64,000 nucleotides of DNA, taken from Strigamia acuminata (taxonomy: Eukaryota). Of the stretch, positions 52,202 to 64,000 are shown piece after piece (within the stretch, counting starts at the first letter, position 1; each line of letters opens with the position of its first letter). The stretch is from the NCBI GenBank assembly GCA_949358305.1, contig OX442314.1, forward strand, positions 25,234,001 through 25,298,000, read 5' to 3'. The notes under the pieces are model-generated. The model had not been told where the DNA came from and made no database searches. It saw nothing but the letters and a program-made list of their open reading frames with translations. A program made the position numbers and the translations under genes.

Positions 52202-53088
52202 ACAAGTATCGTCATCGGCCACCGGTTGGAAAAAATATCCAACGGACAGAGATCCAATGCGCACGATTGTTGAAGCGCCGACACGATATCCACAGGAACG
52301 AATGGATTTACTACGCCGCGGAAAATCCGACTTGGACCCGACAAAAACCCGAGATAAACGCGGATCAAACGGAACCAGCTCGGGAATGCTGCGAAAGAGC
52401 ACGACCATCATGGGCGCAGCTCTGACGAGCGGAGTGCAGGACAAGAGCGGGAACAACAACTCGCCGAAATCGAAGCGCCGCACTTCGTCGAGCCAAGGAA
52501 AACACAGAAGCTCCAGTGAGAATCTAAACAAAGATAAAACCAGTCCTCGGACCAGTCGCAGTGGGTCTCTGGAACCACAATCGAGCTCGAACGACCGAAG
52601 GGTGCAAAACGTTCGCGCAATGAACAGCATTTCTACCAGCAATGGTAAACGACCCACTAGTACCGGAAGCGCTTCTTCGAGTGGCAGCAATAGGAGCGGT
52701 GGTTCTAAGGTGTCTGGAAAGAGAAGTTCATCCGATAAGTTGAGCGACGCTGGAAAGGAGGCGCTGCTAGATACGGCAAGTCCTTACGAGGCTATGAGAA
52801 ATTACATTGGACTTTCAGCTATCCCGAGACCTAGTTCCGTTCCGCCAAAGATGGAGAATTGTCGAGGATCGTTGGAACACAAAACGCGATCCAAAATTAA
52901 CCCGCATGCAATGACAGAGTATCCGCACAGCGATTGTGATTACGGGCGTAATTCGTTGGGCCGTAAGCCCAAACAGTATTACGTCACTTCCCCTACGCAT
53001 GGTATGCGTGATCGGATGTTTGGTAGTCGTGGCGCTTTGAACAATTCCCCAACACCCGAATACTCGATTATGTCCCACGCTAGCCGAG
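52202..53088 (+). CDS. sick: Navigator exon, Ser/Arg-rich
   Basis: tttgcag acceptor, G|GTAACA donor; ORF 52188-53204; phase 2 to 1. Confidence 0.88.
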
Positions 53089-53204
53089 GTAACATTGTGA
53101 TTAACAATCGAGGGGTATTCATAAAGTGCTTTGTGTTTGTTTCGTATTCAGAAAATTATTTTAAACATGTTGCGATTTTGCGTTGTAAAAAGACGTTTAG
53201 ATAA

Positions 53205-53873
53205 TAGGTGCATTCAATTCGAAATTTCTAAAATCCGATTCTAAAAACTTAATTAAAAAATCGGTTTTTAACTTTGAATGACTTAAAAACCGATTGTATA
53301 ATCAAGTTTTTGATTATCTTGAGCATGCGCAGTTATGAGTTGCAAAGGTATGTAAGTTTATATAAATTATTATTATTATTATTATTATTATTATTTATTT
53401 AAGAATGGGGAATCTGCCAAACACGGGCTGTATTCTATCCCACGAATACAGCCAAAGAGTGCTTACCGTAGTTTCTCGTCGAAACCAAGCATCGGTAGTC
53501 GGCCGAACATCGACCGCATTCGATCGCATAAATACGGCCAAAGAGTGCTTAAGTTTCCCGTCAAAACCGAGCACCGGGAATCGGCCGGTGTTTAACCGAT
53601 TCCCCGTTCTTAAGTAACTAATAATAATAATTTAAATAAACTTACATTTTTGCAACTTGCTCCCACCGCCGATCTATTAGATTTCAAAATGGCCGCCAGA
53701 AAAACGAGTTGAAATCGGGTCGAAATCCAAAGAATCCACCCCATACATGGATTACGAGAATCGGTTTTTCGAGAATCCGATTCTCAAAAATATGACGCGT
53801 TTTGCATCATTTCCGCCAAGGAAAATAAAGTAATTGAGAGAATCGGTTTTTGATTTGAAATTGAACGCGCCTA
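53205..53873. mobile_element. MITE containing nested inverted-repeat elements
   Basis: TAGGTGCATTCAATT ... AATTGAACGCGCCTA, with inner IR pairs at 53338-53658 and 53403-53609. Confidence 0.65.
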
Positions 53874-54034
53874 ATGTCAATAGGTGTTCATTCAATCCTC
53901 AAAAACGAATTCACTTCTCCTCAAACCACTTAAGGAAGTGAACTCTCGATTAAACACGGTAAAAACTAAACTCAAAAGTTGTCTACGTACAACATGTGGC
54001 AGGTGCTCAAAGAAATAATTTCATTTTCACTTAA

Positions 54035-54466
54035 CCCTTCCAACCCGAAAGAATTTGCCTCCCATCTCTCCCTAAGATGGGCATTATATGACCCAGATTC
54101 TGCGCATGCGCAAGATCCGGGTTTTAGGGAATTCCTAACATCTAGCCAATGGGGTTAGATTAACTACACATGTAGTGAACGCCATATGGACGTGGTGGAC
54201 ATGATTGAAATTAGCGGAGCCTGCTGATGATCATCATTTATGACCTTTGGACTCCTAAGATGGGTCTTTTTTGACCCAGTTGAACTTTGAGTTCAAATTA
54301 TAAAAAAACTTAAAAAATTAAAAAAATTTCAACTGTGGTATAGTGTCTAGTGATGTTTCAAAAGAATAGTCAGCAAAAATCAGATGAAAAAAAAAATTAT
54401 TTCTTATAAAAAAAATGATTTTTTTAAAACGGGGTCACAAAATGACCCATCTCAGGGTTGGAAGGG
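54035..54466. mobile_element. piggyBac-like MITE
   Basis: TTAA|CCCTTCCAACCC ... GGGTTGGAAGGG|TTAA. Confidence 0.85.
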
Positions 54467-55298
54467 TTAATTGTCTTATTTGAATTCTTTCAAGTTGATT
54501 TCTCAGAGTTATGTAAAAAATGTAATACAATTTCAGTTCAGACGAATGAGTCATTTCGTCTCTTGAGGATTGAATTCATCTTCTGTTTAACCAATCGGCA
54601 CATCTTTTCTTTAAGCCAAACAGGCCACCCGCAATTGTAATGACATCATTTCTTTAATCCAATCAGGGGGAAACATTTGTAATGACGTCATATCTTTAAA
54701 ATTAGAAAGTGCATATGTTAGTTCTTGTTTCCACCAAAGGAGTGAATTAATTTGGTCCTAAAATGGCTCTAAAAAGGAAATGTATGGTTAACTCCGTGAC
54801 CATTTGTTCACACTTCCGAAATCTATTAGCTAATGCGCTTTACACTTGCTCCTGTAATCCTCGCCAGATGCTGCTGACGATAAACTAGCCCTCATTGCCT
54901 CGTTGCCCAGTCGGGATCGAGGTCATGAGGTGAACGAAGCAACTTGTACGCTACCTGGTGTTTGCAGATGGCAGCATGCCAAGTACAGTTGTGGTTTTCA
55001 CTTGTCACGAGCAGCAGGAGACGGAAAATTACATGTCCAATTTGAATTTTGCCATTTTCAAGCGACTGAGATCTTTCAGATCACTTCAACTCAGTCATCA
55101 TGAGAGCTTTGAACAAGTGTAATGTAGTGGTTCAATGGGAAATCGCAAAATGTTTATCAAAATACAAGAAACTTTGGTTATATGGGCAAAATATGGCGCA
55201 AACAGTTGAGAAAATTTTCATTTATGAATACCCCTTTAATGTTTGTGTTAATAATAAATTGAACATCTAGATTTGATTGAGAATGTGTACATATGTAG

Positions 55299-55438
55299 AA
55301 TCTTGTGGTAACTCGAATTATGCATGGCTCCGTCAAAGCCCCAGTGTGGTTAGTTCCCTCTCCGGTGTACCGAATCCCCGTATTTGTGGAAGTCTAACCG
55401 AAGCAGAAAGCATGGAATCATTAGCATCTTTAAGTTCG
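55299..55438 (+). CDS. sick: Navigator exon (...GSLTEAESMESLASLSS)
   Basis: tag acceptor (weak pyrimidine tract), GTACGG donor; phase 1 to 0. Confidence 0.8.
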
Positions 55439-55542
55439 GTACGGTATATGTTAAATTATCATTTCTATTATTTTTATTTTAGATTTTTTAATTTTTAATT
55501 TTTAATTATTATTATTTTTTTTATTTTTTTTTTCATTTGTAG

Positions 55543-55827
55543 GTCCATTCACAGTTACAACATGCACGCGCAAATAGTTTAACCCCGGCTCGATTACTGC
55601 TTCATCAACGAGAAATTAATGCTAGTACGGGTCCGCGATTAGCACGATCCAATAGTATTCGTTCGACTAAATCTGAAAAACTATACCCGTCCATGATGCA
55701 ACGATCAGGCGATATAGATAATTTTCTTTCTGGTCCCTTGTCAGTGTCCACCCATAGTTCACCACATAAGGAACTTAGGCATCATCATCACACTAGTCAG
55801 CCCACGTCCCCTACACTTACTCACCAA
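55543..55827 (+). CDS. sick: Navigator exon (...RLARSNSIRSTKSEKLYPSM...SQPTSPT)
   Basis: ttgtag acceptor, GTAGGA donor; phase 0 to 0. Confidence 0.88.
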
Positions 55828-55915
55828 GTAGGATTGGTTTTATTGCACCGTTTATTCATTTTTTTGATTTTTTACTTTTGTTTGTTGGTTCTAATATTTA
55901 ATGTTTGACTTTTAG

Positions 55916-56033
55916 AGTAACTCTAGTTACGGTTATGCCGTTTCTACCGCGTCAAGTTCAGTTCCAGCTGCCACGATGATTTCGCCGTATATGGGGAGTT
56001 TATTGTCGAAAATAAACGTCAAAGATGGAGATT
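55916..56033 (+). CDS. sick: Navigator exon (SNSSYGYAVS...SKINVKDGD)
   Basis: ttttag acceptor, GTGAGA donor; phase 0 to 1. Confidence 0.83.
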
Positions 56034-56097
56034 GTGAGAAATAAATATTGATGCATTTTATGTGTTTATAATTGTTTTTTTTTTTTAATTTTTTTAG

Positions 56098-56150
56098 TGC
56101 ATGGATCATCATTATCGTTAGGCTCAACTAATTCATCGATATATTCAACG
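56098..56150 (+). CDS. sick: Navigator exon (LHGSSLSLGSTNSSIYST)
   Basis: Conserved HGSSLSL motif; phase 1 to 0. Confidence 0.92.
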
Positions 56151-56689
56151 GTAATTGTATTTTATTAACTGAAAATGTGTGATTTCATGCTCCGAAGGAC
56201 TTTTAGTTGATAAAATGCATTTATGTTGTGCAATTATAGTCATTTTTTCAGAAAAAAAGAAATTTTGTGTGAAAAATTGACTTTTGACAGAAAAATAATG
56301 CGATATGCCGATATGTGTGTTGTAATTTTGCTGAGTTGAGTTTTAACTTATCCAAAACAAGTACAGCCGTACAGGCTATTCGCATTTCTCATTCTAATTT
56401 ATGAAGTTATTTAATTTTGCATCTGCTTCGGTGGTCTTAACTTATTAATTTGAGCAAGAAAGAAGAAAGAAAAAGCAATTAAAAACTGAATTTTAAGCAG
56501 GGTTTGCAAATTTGTGCGCAATATGCAGAGAATTGCAAATATGATCGATCAAACTTTATTGTTACGTGATTAAATAGAAGGCGCATTCATTAATTCATTT
56601 AAAGTTATTTATATTTTTTAAACCAGTCTTAATGTAAAATTAAAAAAAAAATAGATAAAAATGTATTATTCATAAACTGTTTATTTATT

Positions 56690-56720
<31 letters not shown>

Positions 56721-56740
56721 TTATTTTCTTTAATTTCTAG

Positions 56741-56839
56741 GTCGACGATAAAAACAATCACGAAATTCACAAACTGCGTCGAGAACTGATCGAAGCTCAC
56801 GACAAAGTTCAGAATTTGACATCACAACTGAGTGGAAAT
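56741..56839 (+). CDS. sick: Navigator exon, coiled coil (VDDKNNHEIHKLRRELIEAHDKVQNLTSQLSGN)
   Basis: ttctag acceptor, GTAAGT donor; phase 0 to 0. Confidence 0.93.
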
Positions 56840-57789
56840 GTAAGTTTCAAAAAAAAAATAATCACATAATTTATTGGTATATTTTTTTAAAAAAAATTAA
56901 AAATTACATTTAAATAAATAAAATTATAATCGGAATTGCTAATGAACAATTCCAGCATAAATTGGTTACAAATCGGCTTACGTAACCACATAACAACTCT
57001 GCATATTTTTTGTTGCGATTTTCTCTGCATTTTTTGTTTTATTTTTAAACTTTGCGCATAATGGCATTAATAGTACCTGTCGTCCTTCAGTATCAATGAC
57101 ACGTGCAGATTGCAAAGATGGCCTTATATGAGAAATTAATAGGTATGAATTTTAAGTAGCACTTGGAAAGTACAAATAATACTCTACTCGAGAACTTGAT
57201 ATTAATTTTGTTTGTTACAAAAGATAATTAAAAAAAAAATTGGAAAAAATCCAAAATACTCTTAAAAGGTAACATTAGACGGTGTGGCTAATAACTCAGG
57301 CAATCCTTGGGTTTGAATTAGCTTGTAAAGTTTATCTTAATGGTGAACATTCGCCTTACTTTTGAGTTTTATCGTTTCCTTTTGACCACGGTAAAACACT
57401 AAAAGGTTTCTTTTCGAATTTGCTGCTTAAATTAGAGTTTAATCAGATGGTTAGTTGAAGTGGTGGAATTTTCAAGGAAGGATGTAGATTTTTTTTTATT
57501 TTTTTTTTTTACTTTTTTATTTTTGAGAATAAAATTTTCTTCAAATGAACAGTTTTGAAGAAAAAATTAAAGTATGGAAGAAAAAATTGGAAATTGTGAA
57601 TAATTTTGAAAAAGTAATGGAAAAATATGACAAATTTTAGAAAATTTTGATAAATCATGAGATATTTTTAAGTATTTTTTGTAGACGGGCACAGGTGGGT
57701 CCACCAAAAAGTACTCTGTTAGAGTTTTAGCATTTCCAGGTATTAGATGGGTCCCAAAGGAATGCCCGGTCTAGAGTTCCCTGTCTTAT

Positions 57790-57945
57790 GAAAAATTGTG
57801 AAAAGTTGTAAAAAATTGTGCAAAATTTTGAAAATCCCGAAAAATCTCGAAAAATCGAGATAAATCTTGCAAAATCGTGATAAATCTTGCAAATTCGTGA
57901 TAAATCTTGTAAAATCGTGATAAATCTTGTAAAATCATGAAAAAA
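57790..57945. repeat. Degenerate 20-bp tandem repeat (AAAATCGTGATAAATCTTGY)
   Basis: Period 20 over 57851-57940. Confidence 0.85.
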
Positions 57946-60290
57946 AATGTTTCAATTTGGCGGAAATACGGGAAAAATAGCATTTTCCACAAAGTAAAAA
58001 TATAAAAACAAATTATATAAATCTTTTAGAAAAATAGCTGAGATTTGAATTTCCCTTTTGCTGCGACTCCGCTTGTATTTAAAGCGCCGCATAATGAAGT
58101 GAGGTCAGCAGGAGGTGTGGTTTCAACCTTGCCTGACTCATTTTCGAGGCAGCTGTTGAGATAAACACTGACTGAGAACTTATCTTTGAGACGAGCGCTA
58201 CTTTTTGCCCTTTTCCATTTACACTGGATTCGCTTTCAAAATCGCCAGCTACCGCAAGCACCAACCGACACTTTCATCACAGGACACAAAGTGAAATTTC
58301 AGTGATTTTTCCTCTCAAACAGTGCGCTATAGTGTGATGGCATTTGCCCTTGATCGCTCGCTCAGTGCGGAGTAATGGGAGCAGCATGCGAAAGTGTTTA
58401 TGTTGTGACTATCAACTTAGTTGCTGTGTATTTGCAATGGCGTATCCTTTGAATTATTTTTTTTAAAAGTATTTTTCGCCTTTTCTTCGAGTTCATTTGC
58501 CTCGTGTAAATACGTGTGCTTGCACGCTTGTGTTGTTTAAAAAACACACACACAAGATATGAAAATCAGCCACCGTGCAAATTGTAGCTGGAAACAATTG
58601 TTTCCTGTTTAATTTTGGAAACGGGGGACTGGTAATTGGTAAATGAATACAGCATAACCCCATTTGACTGGGATGGTGTGGAGTGTGCAACTAGGGTTGC
58701 TTGGCAACTGTTATAGTGCTGGCAATTGCTTGGGATAGATAATGGACGAGTTTGGAATGGAAATTAATGTTTTTATGGGTTTGATTCATTTGTTTGGAAT
58801 GGGAGAAGTATTTGGAGAAAAAATTATTATGTTTTTGATGTTTATTTATGAGGTTTTTCGTGAAATTTATTTGTTTTATTTTATTTTATTTTTTTTTTTT
58901 TTTGGAATTTAATTTGGTGGGGAAAAAAAATTTTATATAAATTTGTCAATTTTTCAAGTCGTAAAGATTTGATTTCTTTTTATTTTTTGTTAACTGGGAC
59001 GTTTTTTGTTTACCTGTGAGATTTCATAATCACAGTGTAGGGTTGGAGGTTCAGAGGGGTGAAAAAATGATAATAATAAGTCTCAATTTTGTCGGTTATT
59101 ATGAAGAATGTGATTTCTTATTATTTTTTTTCTTTCGATGTGAATAAGGGGATTTTTTGGAGTCGGGACTGAAATATTTTTTAATTCTAGAATGATGAAA
59201 TTTAAAATGTAAAAATTCTGAACTTGAAATGCTTGTCACGGGTGAGCTTTCCCAATTCCTAAATTTCAATTTTATTCCTCACCTGTTCTCATTCTTAATT
59301 TATGCGCGCGACCTTGTCGCGGTTTTCATTTTAACCTCATTTGTTAATTTGGGTCATGTGACAATCGATCAGCTGATCAATCGATCAGCTGACCGATTGT
59401 TATAAATATCGCGACGTGTCGATTTTCCGACACTTCGCGACCAACTACAATTTGGACCACAAGTCAACTTTATTTTCGCATCTAATTTTCCAACCGTGCT
59501 CGTTCTAACTCCCACCTTTTTATCCACCCGGTGACATTCGAAGCCCCCATTTGAGCTACCGAATTATCTGGATTTAGTCGATTTATTTCGTCCTAAACAC
59601 ATTTCGATAACACGAATCGAGTCGCAATAAATTTCAACGGAATTGGAGATTTCTAAATGACCGACACCCACGTTGAAGGTCATTCGTTTTGAAGAAATAT
59701 CCGCGAACCTGCGAATGCGTGTTCAACACATGCATTGTTTGTAACGACAGCGTTATATGCTGAATAAGAATTTCTGAATAACAAAAAAAAATTTGAAAAT
59801 GATGACTAATGGTCAGTTTGGTGTCACGAAAGGCGCTCGATTTTCTGAACTGTAATTTGCTAGTGCAGCTGTAACGTATTTAATAATCGTTAGGGTTAGG
59901 GTTAGGTCTTTGAGTTTTGGTTTTGCCTCGTTTTGGGTTCTATTTTCTAAAGTTTTATGTGTAAAACAAACAAGAAATTAACAAAAATCTACGAATTTAT
60001 TTTAAAATTCAATAAATTCAATTTTTTATTTAAAAAAAAAAAATCTGATTATATATTTGGGTAGAAATTGGCTTTCAATTTGTTGCCGGTATCCACCCAC
60101 AACCTACGTCATTTATGACGTAATAATAACCATCCTCTGCTACCAATTGGTTCCAAATGTATAATCAACTTTACCATTGGGGGCCCCTATTCACAGCTAC
60201 TTTTGGGGCCCCATTGTCGTACCGGGAATAAAAAATAAAAATTACTGATCAAGCATCATGAATGTTGCTTCTTAACACTGTAAATTTCAG

Positions 60291-60677
60291 ATAACAACAA
60301 TGTCAGGAACATACAGTTTCATTTTTAACATGGTACCAGAACCGGGCAATGTGTGCACGCTTCCCCGAACGACTGCACGTAAAAATGGCCACAATTCAAT
60401 GTGCAAAGCATCGGCTGTGAGTGTGCTTGATTTACCAGCTGCCAGGGAATATGATGGAAATAGTGTAGTGACGGCAAGCCGATCCCTACACAGACTCAAC
60501 AGTCAGTGGAGCCCGCAAATGGAACCTTTGTACGAAGTTCCAGTCGGCTTGCGCTTCAGACCGCACCGCGACATCCCATGGTGGGAAATCGCAACCAGAA
60601 AAAGAAGACATCAGTCGTGTCCGTTTACAAACCATTCATCTATTTTAGACACACTTAATAAATCTGAAGATAAATAT
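60291..60677 (+). CDS. Alternative (cassette or short-isoform start) navigator exon, ATG at 60300 (...DIPWWEIATRKRRHQSCP...)
   Basis: tttcag acceptor, TAT|GTATGT donor; 129 open codons in phase 0 with both neighbouring exons. Confidence 0.68.
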
Positions 60678-62645
60678 GTATGTTTTTATATTTTTTTTTA
60701 TTTATTTATATTTATATATTTTTTTTTGTTTTGTTTTTTGTTTTGTTTTATTTTCGTGTGGGTTGAATGACTGGAATTTTGTAGTAGAATCTAGTTGTCA
60801 AGGATCTGTCAGTTTTGGGAAATGAAAAGTTGAAGGGCCCAACCAGTCAGTCAGGCAGGCAGCTATAGCTAGCTAGCCCACCCCAGGTTCCCCTCTTTGG
60901 GGAAGAATGTAACTTATCAGCTGCTCGGTTCCCCCTTTTATATAGACGAGAAGCGCAGTCCCCATTTCCAGTCTAAAAGTTTGTTTGGCCTGTTCACAAC
61001 TCGAGTTTGTCGGGTTTAATTTTGCTCAAATTTTTACTTTAAAAATGTGGTAAGTCGGGTTTTATTTTGGGAGTGACAATTTTTTTTTAAAATTTTATAT
61101 TTGATATGCATTTTTAAATTTTTAAAAAAAATTTTTTTTACTTTTTTTATTTATTTATTTTCTTTTTTAAAAAAAATTGCTTTTAATAGCAACTTGGCAA
61201 TTTGTTTGTTCGCACTTGTCTGTATTGTTTTTATTTGTGTTTTGAATGGTGTTTTTAACTTTAGTGGTGCAGCAAATATCTACACGAAAACATAAATTCC
61301 AAAGGTCTTTTTTTATAAAAAAAAAAAAAAAAAAAAAAAAGGAATGACAGATGCCATCTTAGTATATGCAAAGAACGGAAAATAATCAAATACGGTATTT
61401 TACCGATTAAGAGTCGCTCTCGAATAGTAGCCGCGGCTGGGACACCAAGAATACCGTATTTTTGCAAAAGTACGGTATTGGTTTCGTATTTAACCTGACG
61501 AAAGATGAACGTACGCTTCGTTCGTGACGTTCAGACTTCATTTGTAACATTAACCAAATGTAACAAACGAAAAACTAAAATTGCTGACAAAAATGGCAGT
61601 TTTGAATAAGAGCCGAGGCTGTTAATCGATAAAATACGGTATTTGTTTTGCTTTATTCTTGATGCTAAAATCAAACTGAAAAATCTTTGTTTGCACACAC
61701 ATGAAATAATAAGATTTAATGACACTATTCACTAGTGTGCAATAAAAGACTTTTGAGTGTGTAAAAAATGGAATTTTGTGTTTGAATTTGGCATCAAGAT
61801 GCTGGTTTGTAGTTAGTGCTGAAAAAATAACTCCACCAGTGCATTCACACACATTAGCTTAAAATTAAAACTTAATCTCGTAGTTATGAAGTGATGAATT
61901 CACATGGTCAAGATGAATCAAGAGCATGTTTAAACTGATAAAGCCAAGTGGATAAAATCATGCCATTAACTTTGCCTACTTAAATCTATACTTAAAGAGC
62001 TATAATACACAAGGATCTAGCTTCTCATTGGCTGAAGCCTAATCTGTAGACCCATGTGTGAGTGTGAATGCACCTTCTTCAGCACTTAAACCAAGCCAAA
62101 CTTCTTGGAACAAGGAAGCAGCAAAATGATGTTTTTTGAAAAATCGTTCATTCTAAGAAATTTAATTTTCTAGAATTTCAGCTCATACTAAAAAATTACT
62201 ATAAAATTTTTTTAAAAAATGTTTAATATCTTCTATTCTGATTTTTTATTGCTTTCTTTAATGAATAGGTGTCATTTAAGGTAAATAGAAGCATCGGATT
62301 ACTCAGCTTTTATCGATGTTAGATGATATATTTAAAGATGCTTGTCTAGTCAGTTTCGCTACTGAAATAAAGTGATGACTCAAGCCTTTGATGCCGTCTG
62401 CTGTTTTACTATTTTTGTTTATCACATAAAGATGTTTGGTTTATTTTCAATTTGTTTTGTGTTGCAATAATGGTGTACACGTTTGCATTGTTTGAAAGCA
62501 TGGGATCCGGAATGGTAAGATGTGTATTTGTATTTGAGCTGAAATGCGAAGATTTGGTTTTGGTTTGTTTGATTTTTCTCGAATGTTTTACGTGTTGCTA
62601 TTAAGTGATGCATTCAAGCATTTCGCTTCGCTTGTTTATTTATAG

Positions 62646-62729
62646 GCTCACGTTGTTGCCGCTTTTGAACAGTCTCTTTCAAATATGACATGCCGCCTAC
62701 AAACTTTGACTGCCAATGCTGAGCAGAAA
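62646..62729 (+). CDS. sick: Navigator exon (AHVVAAFEQSLSNMTCRLQTLTANAEQK)
   Basis: ttatag acceptor, GTAAAT donor; conserved coiled coil. Confidence 0.94.
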
Positions 62730-62899
62730 GTAAATTACATTGCTTTTCCATTTCTATTTCGTGTGATTGTGTTTGTGTATGATTGTGGGGTTTGTCTGCT
62801 TGTTTTTTAATAATTTTTTTGTGTTGGTAGTGTAATTTCATGTTTTTTTTTTTTTTTTTTTAATTTTTTTTGGTTTCAAATTTATTGGTTTCGAAAAAG

Positions 62900-63050
62900 G
62901 ACTGCGAGTTGGACGAACTGCGTTCGACCATAGATTCTCTGCGCAAAAGAAGTGTTGACGCTGGACTGAATCCGACACATTTCCAAAGTACGCCCCATCT
63001 TACACCTCACTTAGTCCGAAGGCATACATTTAACAGTAGTAAAGATTCTG
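62900..63050 (+). CDS. sick: Navigator exon (DCELDELRSTIDSLRKRS...LVRRHTFN)
   Basis: AAG acceptor, G|GTGAGA donor; phase 0 to 1. Confidence 0.88.
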
Positions 63051-63391
63051 GTGAGATCAACTAACAAACTAAAATATATTTTGATGTTTTGTGGTGTGGT
63101 GTCTTGGAATAATCCTACTGAACTGTTTTTGCATGTTTTTTATTGTTTTTGTTTTTATTTTTATTTTTTTATTTTTTTATTTTTGGAAAAATATGGAACA
63201 TATTTGTATATACCGTAAATGGTCTCATTTGAGCAACTGAAACGTGCAAAAATGAATTTTAAGGCGTAAAATGCACTATTTATGTGCAAAATCTATTTTA
63301 ATTATTTAATCTGGGTGTTCTATGAGAGTATTTACGATGTATATTTTTTTAATAACATTTTTAAAATTTTTTTTTATATATTATATTGCAG

Positions 63392-63552
63392 CAGTTCTAC
63401 AGGAACACCGTATTAGTCGTCAGTTATCAACTGACAGTATGTCGAGCATTAATAGTGCATCAAGCGCGTGCAGTGTTGCGAGTCAGACAAGCGGTAATTC
63501 GCAAAAAAGTAGCGACGCTTTTAATTTGAAAAAGAAGAAAAAGAAGGGTTGG
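63392..63552 (+). CDS. sick: Navigator exon (...RQLSTDSMSSINSASSACS...KKKKKKGW)
   Basis: Tandem cagcag acceptor (63392 or 63395), GTAAGC donor. Confidence 0.92.
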
Positions 63553-63640
63553 GTAAGCGAATTAAAAAAAATATTTTTTTTGTTTTAAAGTTTAAATAAG
63601 TTTTATTGAAGTTAAATGTTTAATTTTTTGATTGAAATAG

Positions 63641-63810
63641 TTGAGAAGTTCGTTCAGCAAGGCTTTTTCAAGAAGTAAGAAAAATAAGAATGGTTCAGTA
63701 TCGGATGTCGAAGATTTACGCCAGCTGCAGTCTGTTCCTAATTCTCCCTTGCTCAATTCGTCACACGCGGCCAACGGACAAGGGATGAAAGTGTCTCATT
63801 CATCATCAGC
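63641..63810 (+). CDS. sick: Navigator exon (LRSSFSKAFSRSKKNKNGSVSDVED...)
   Basis: aatag acceptor, GTGAGT donor; phase 0 to 2. Confidence 0.93.
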
Positions 63811-63921
63811 GTGAGTGAATTTAAGGACCCTTAAAGTCAAAAAATACAAAAAAAAAAAAAATTTAGTTTTAAAATAACTTTTCTTTGTATTTTTCAATTT
63901 TTTCAATTTTTTTTTTTTTAG

Positions 63922-64000
63922 TATTTATGATAAAAATGAGGAAGTTCCTGAGGTTCAAGAATTGCAGAAGCAATTACGCGAGAAAGATATGGTGTTGACG
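63922..64000 (+). CDS. sick: Navigator exon, truncated by window end (...ELQKQLREKDMVLT)
   Basis: ttttag acceptor, phase 2; start of the second conserved coiled coil. Confidence 0.92.

Larger units (their letters stand above)
3764..64000 (+). other. sick: Neuron navigator / sickie / unc-53 family gene (multi-exon span, 3' end beyond window; 5' extent inferred)
   Basis: Spliced translation gives CH domain IYTDWANHYLEK...DIRDGNLKAILGLFFSLSRFKQ, then SMLDKFKFFNSK, GYMSDGD, SGYMSEGG, DDSSSVSSGISDT, HGSSLSL, coiled coil AHVVAAFEQSLSNMT, KKKKGWLRSSFSKAF and LREKDMVLT, motifs characteristic of NAV/UNC-53 proteins. GT-AG junctions with consistent phases. Confidence 0.93.

Noticed and set aside
59890..59906. 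TTAGGGTTAGGGTTAGG telomere-like sequence
   Set aside because: Fewer than three units; compatible with chance or a TE fragment.

Overview
AT-rich, intron-rich metazoan (probably arthropod) genomic DNA. It is dominated by one large + strand gene, a neuron navigator / sickie / unc-53 homologue. I traced 22 downstream exons with compatible splice phases from the calponin-homology exon at 27711 to the window end, where the gene is truncated. Upstream of the CH exon are at least three candidate alternative first coding exons (ending 3814, 11086 and 23938). Two are clear diverged paralogues (MNEMMRKWDKGNNRIHK and MDGIRWKWDKGNGKIHK), and all three end I[H/Y]K at a phase-0 donor. The 5' region also holds an intact, apparently very young 6143-bp BEL/Pao LTR retrotransposon (15110-21252; matching 402-bp LTRs, GCAAG TSD, tRNA-Phe PBS, atypical TG..AA ends). 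Two candidate small signal-peptide genes that the ORF track does not resolve also lie here (+ strand from 14050; - strand 21950-22733). Introns are densely populated with MITE-like inverted-repeat elements, some nested, and with ~20-bp A/T-tract minisatellites. All calls are from reading the sequence by eye; no database searches were run.
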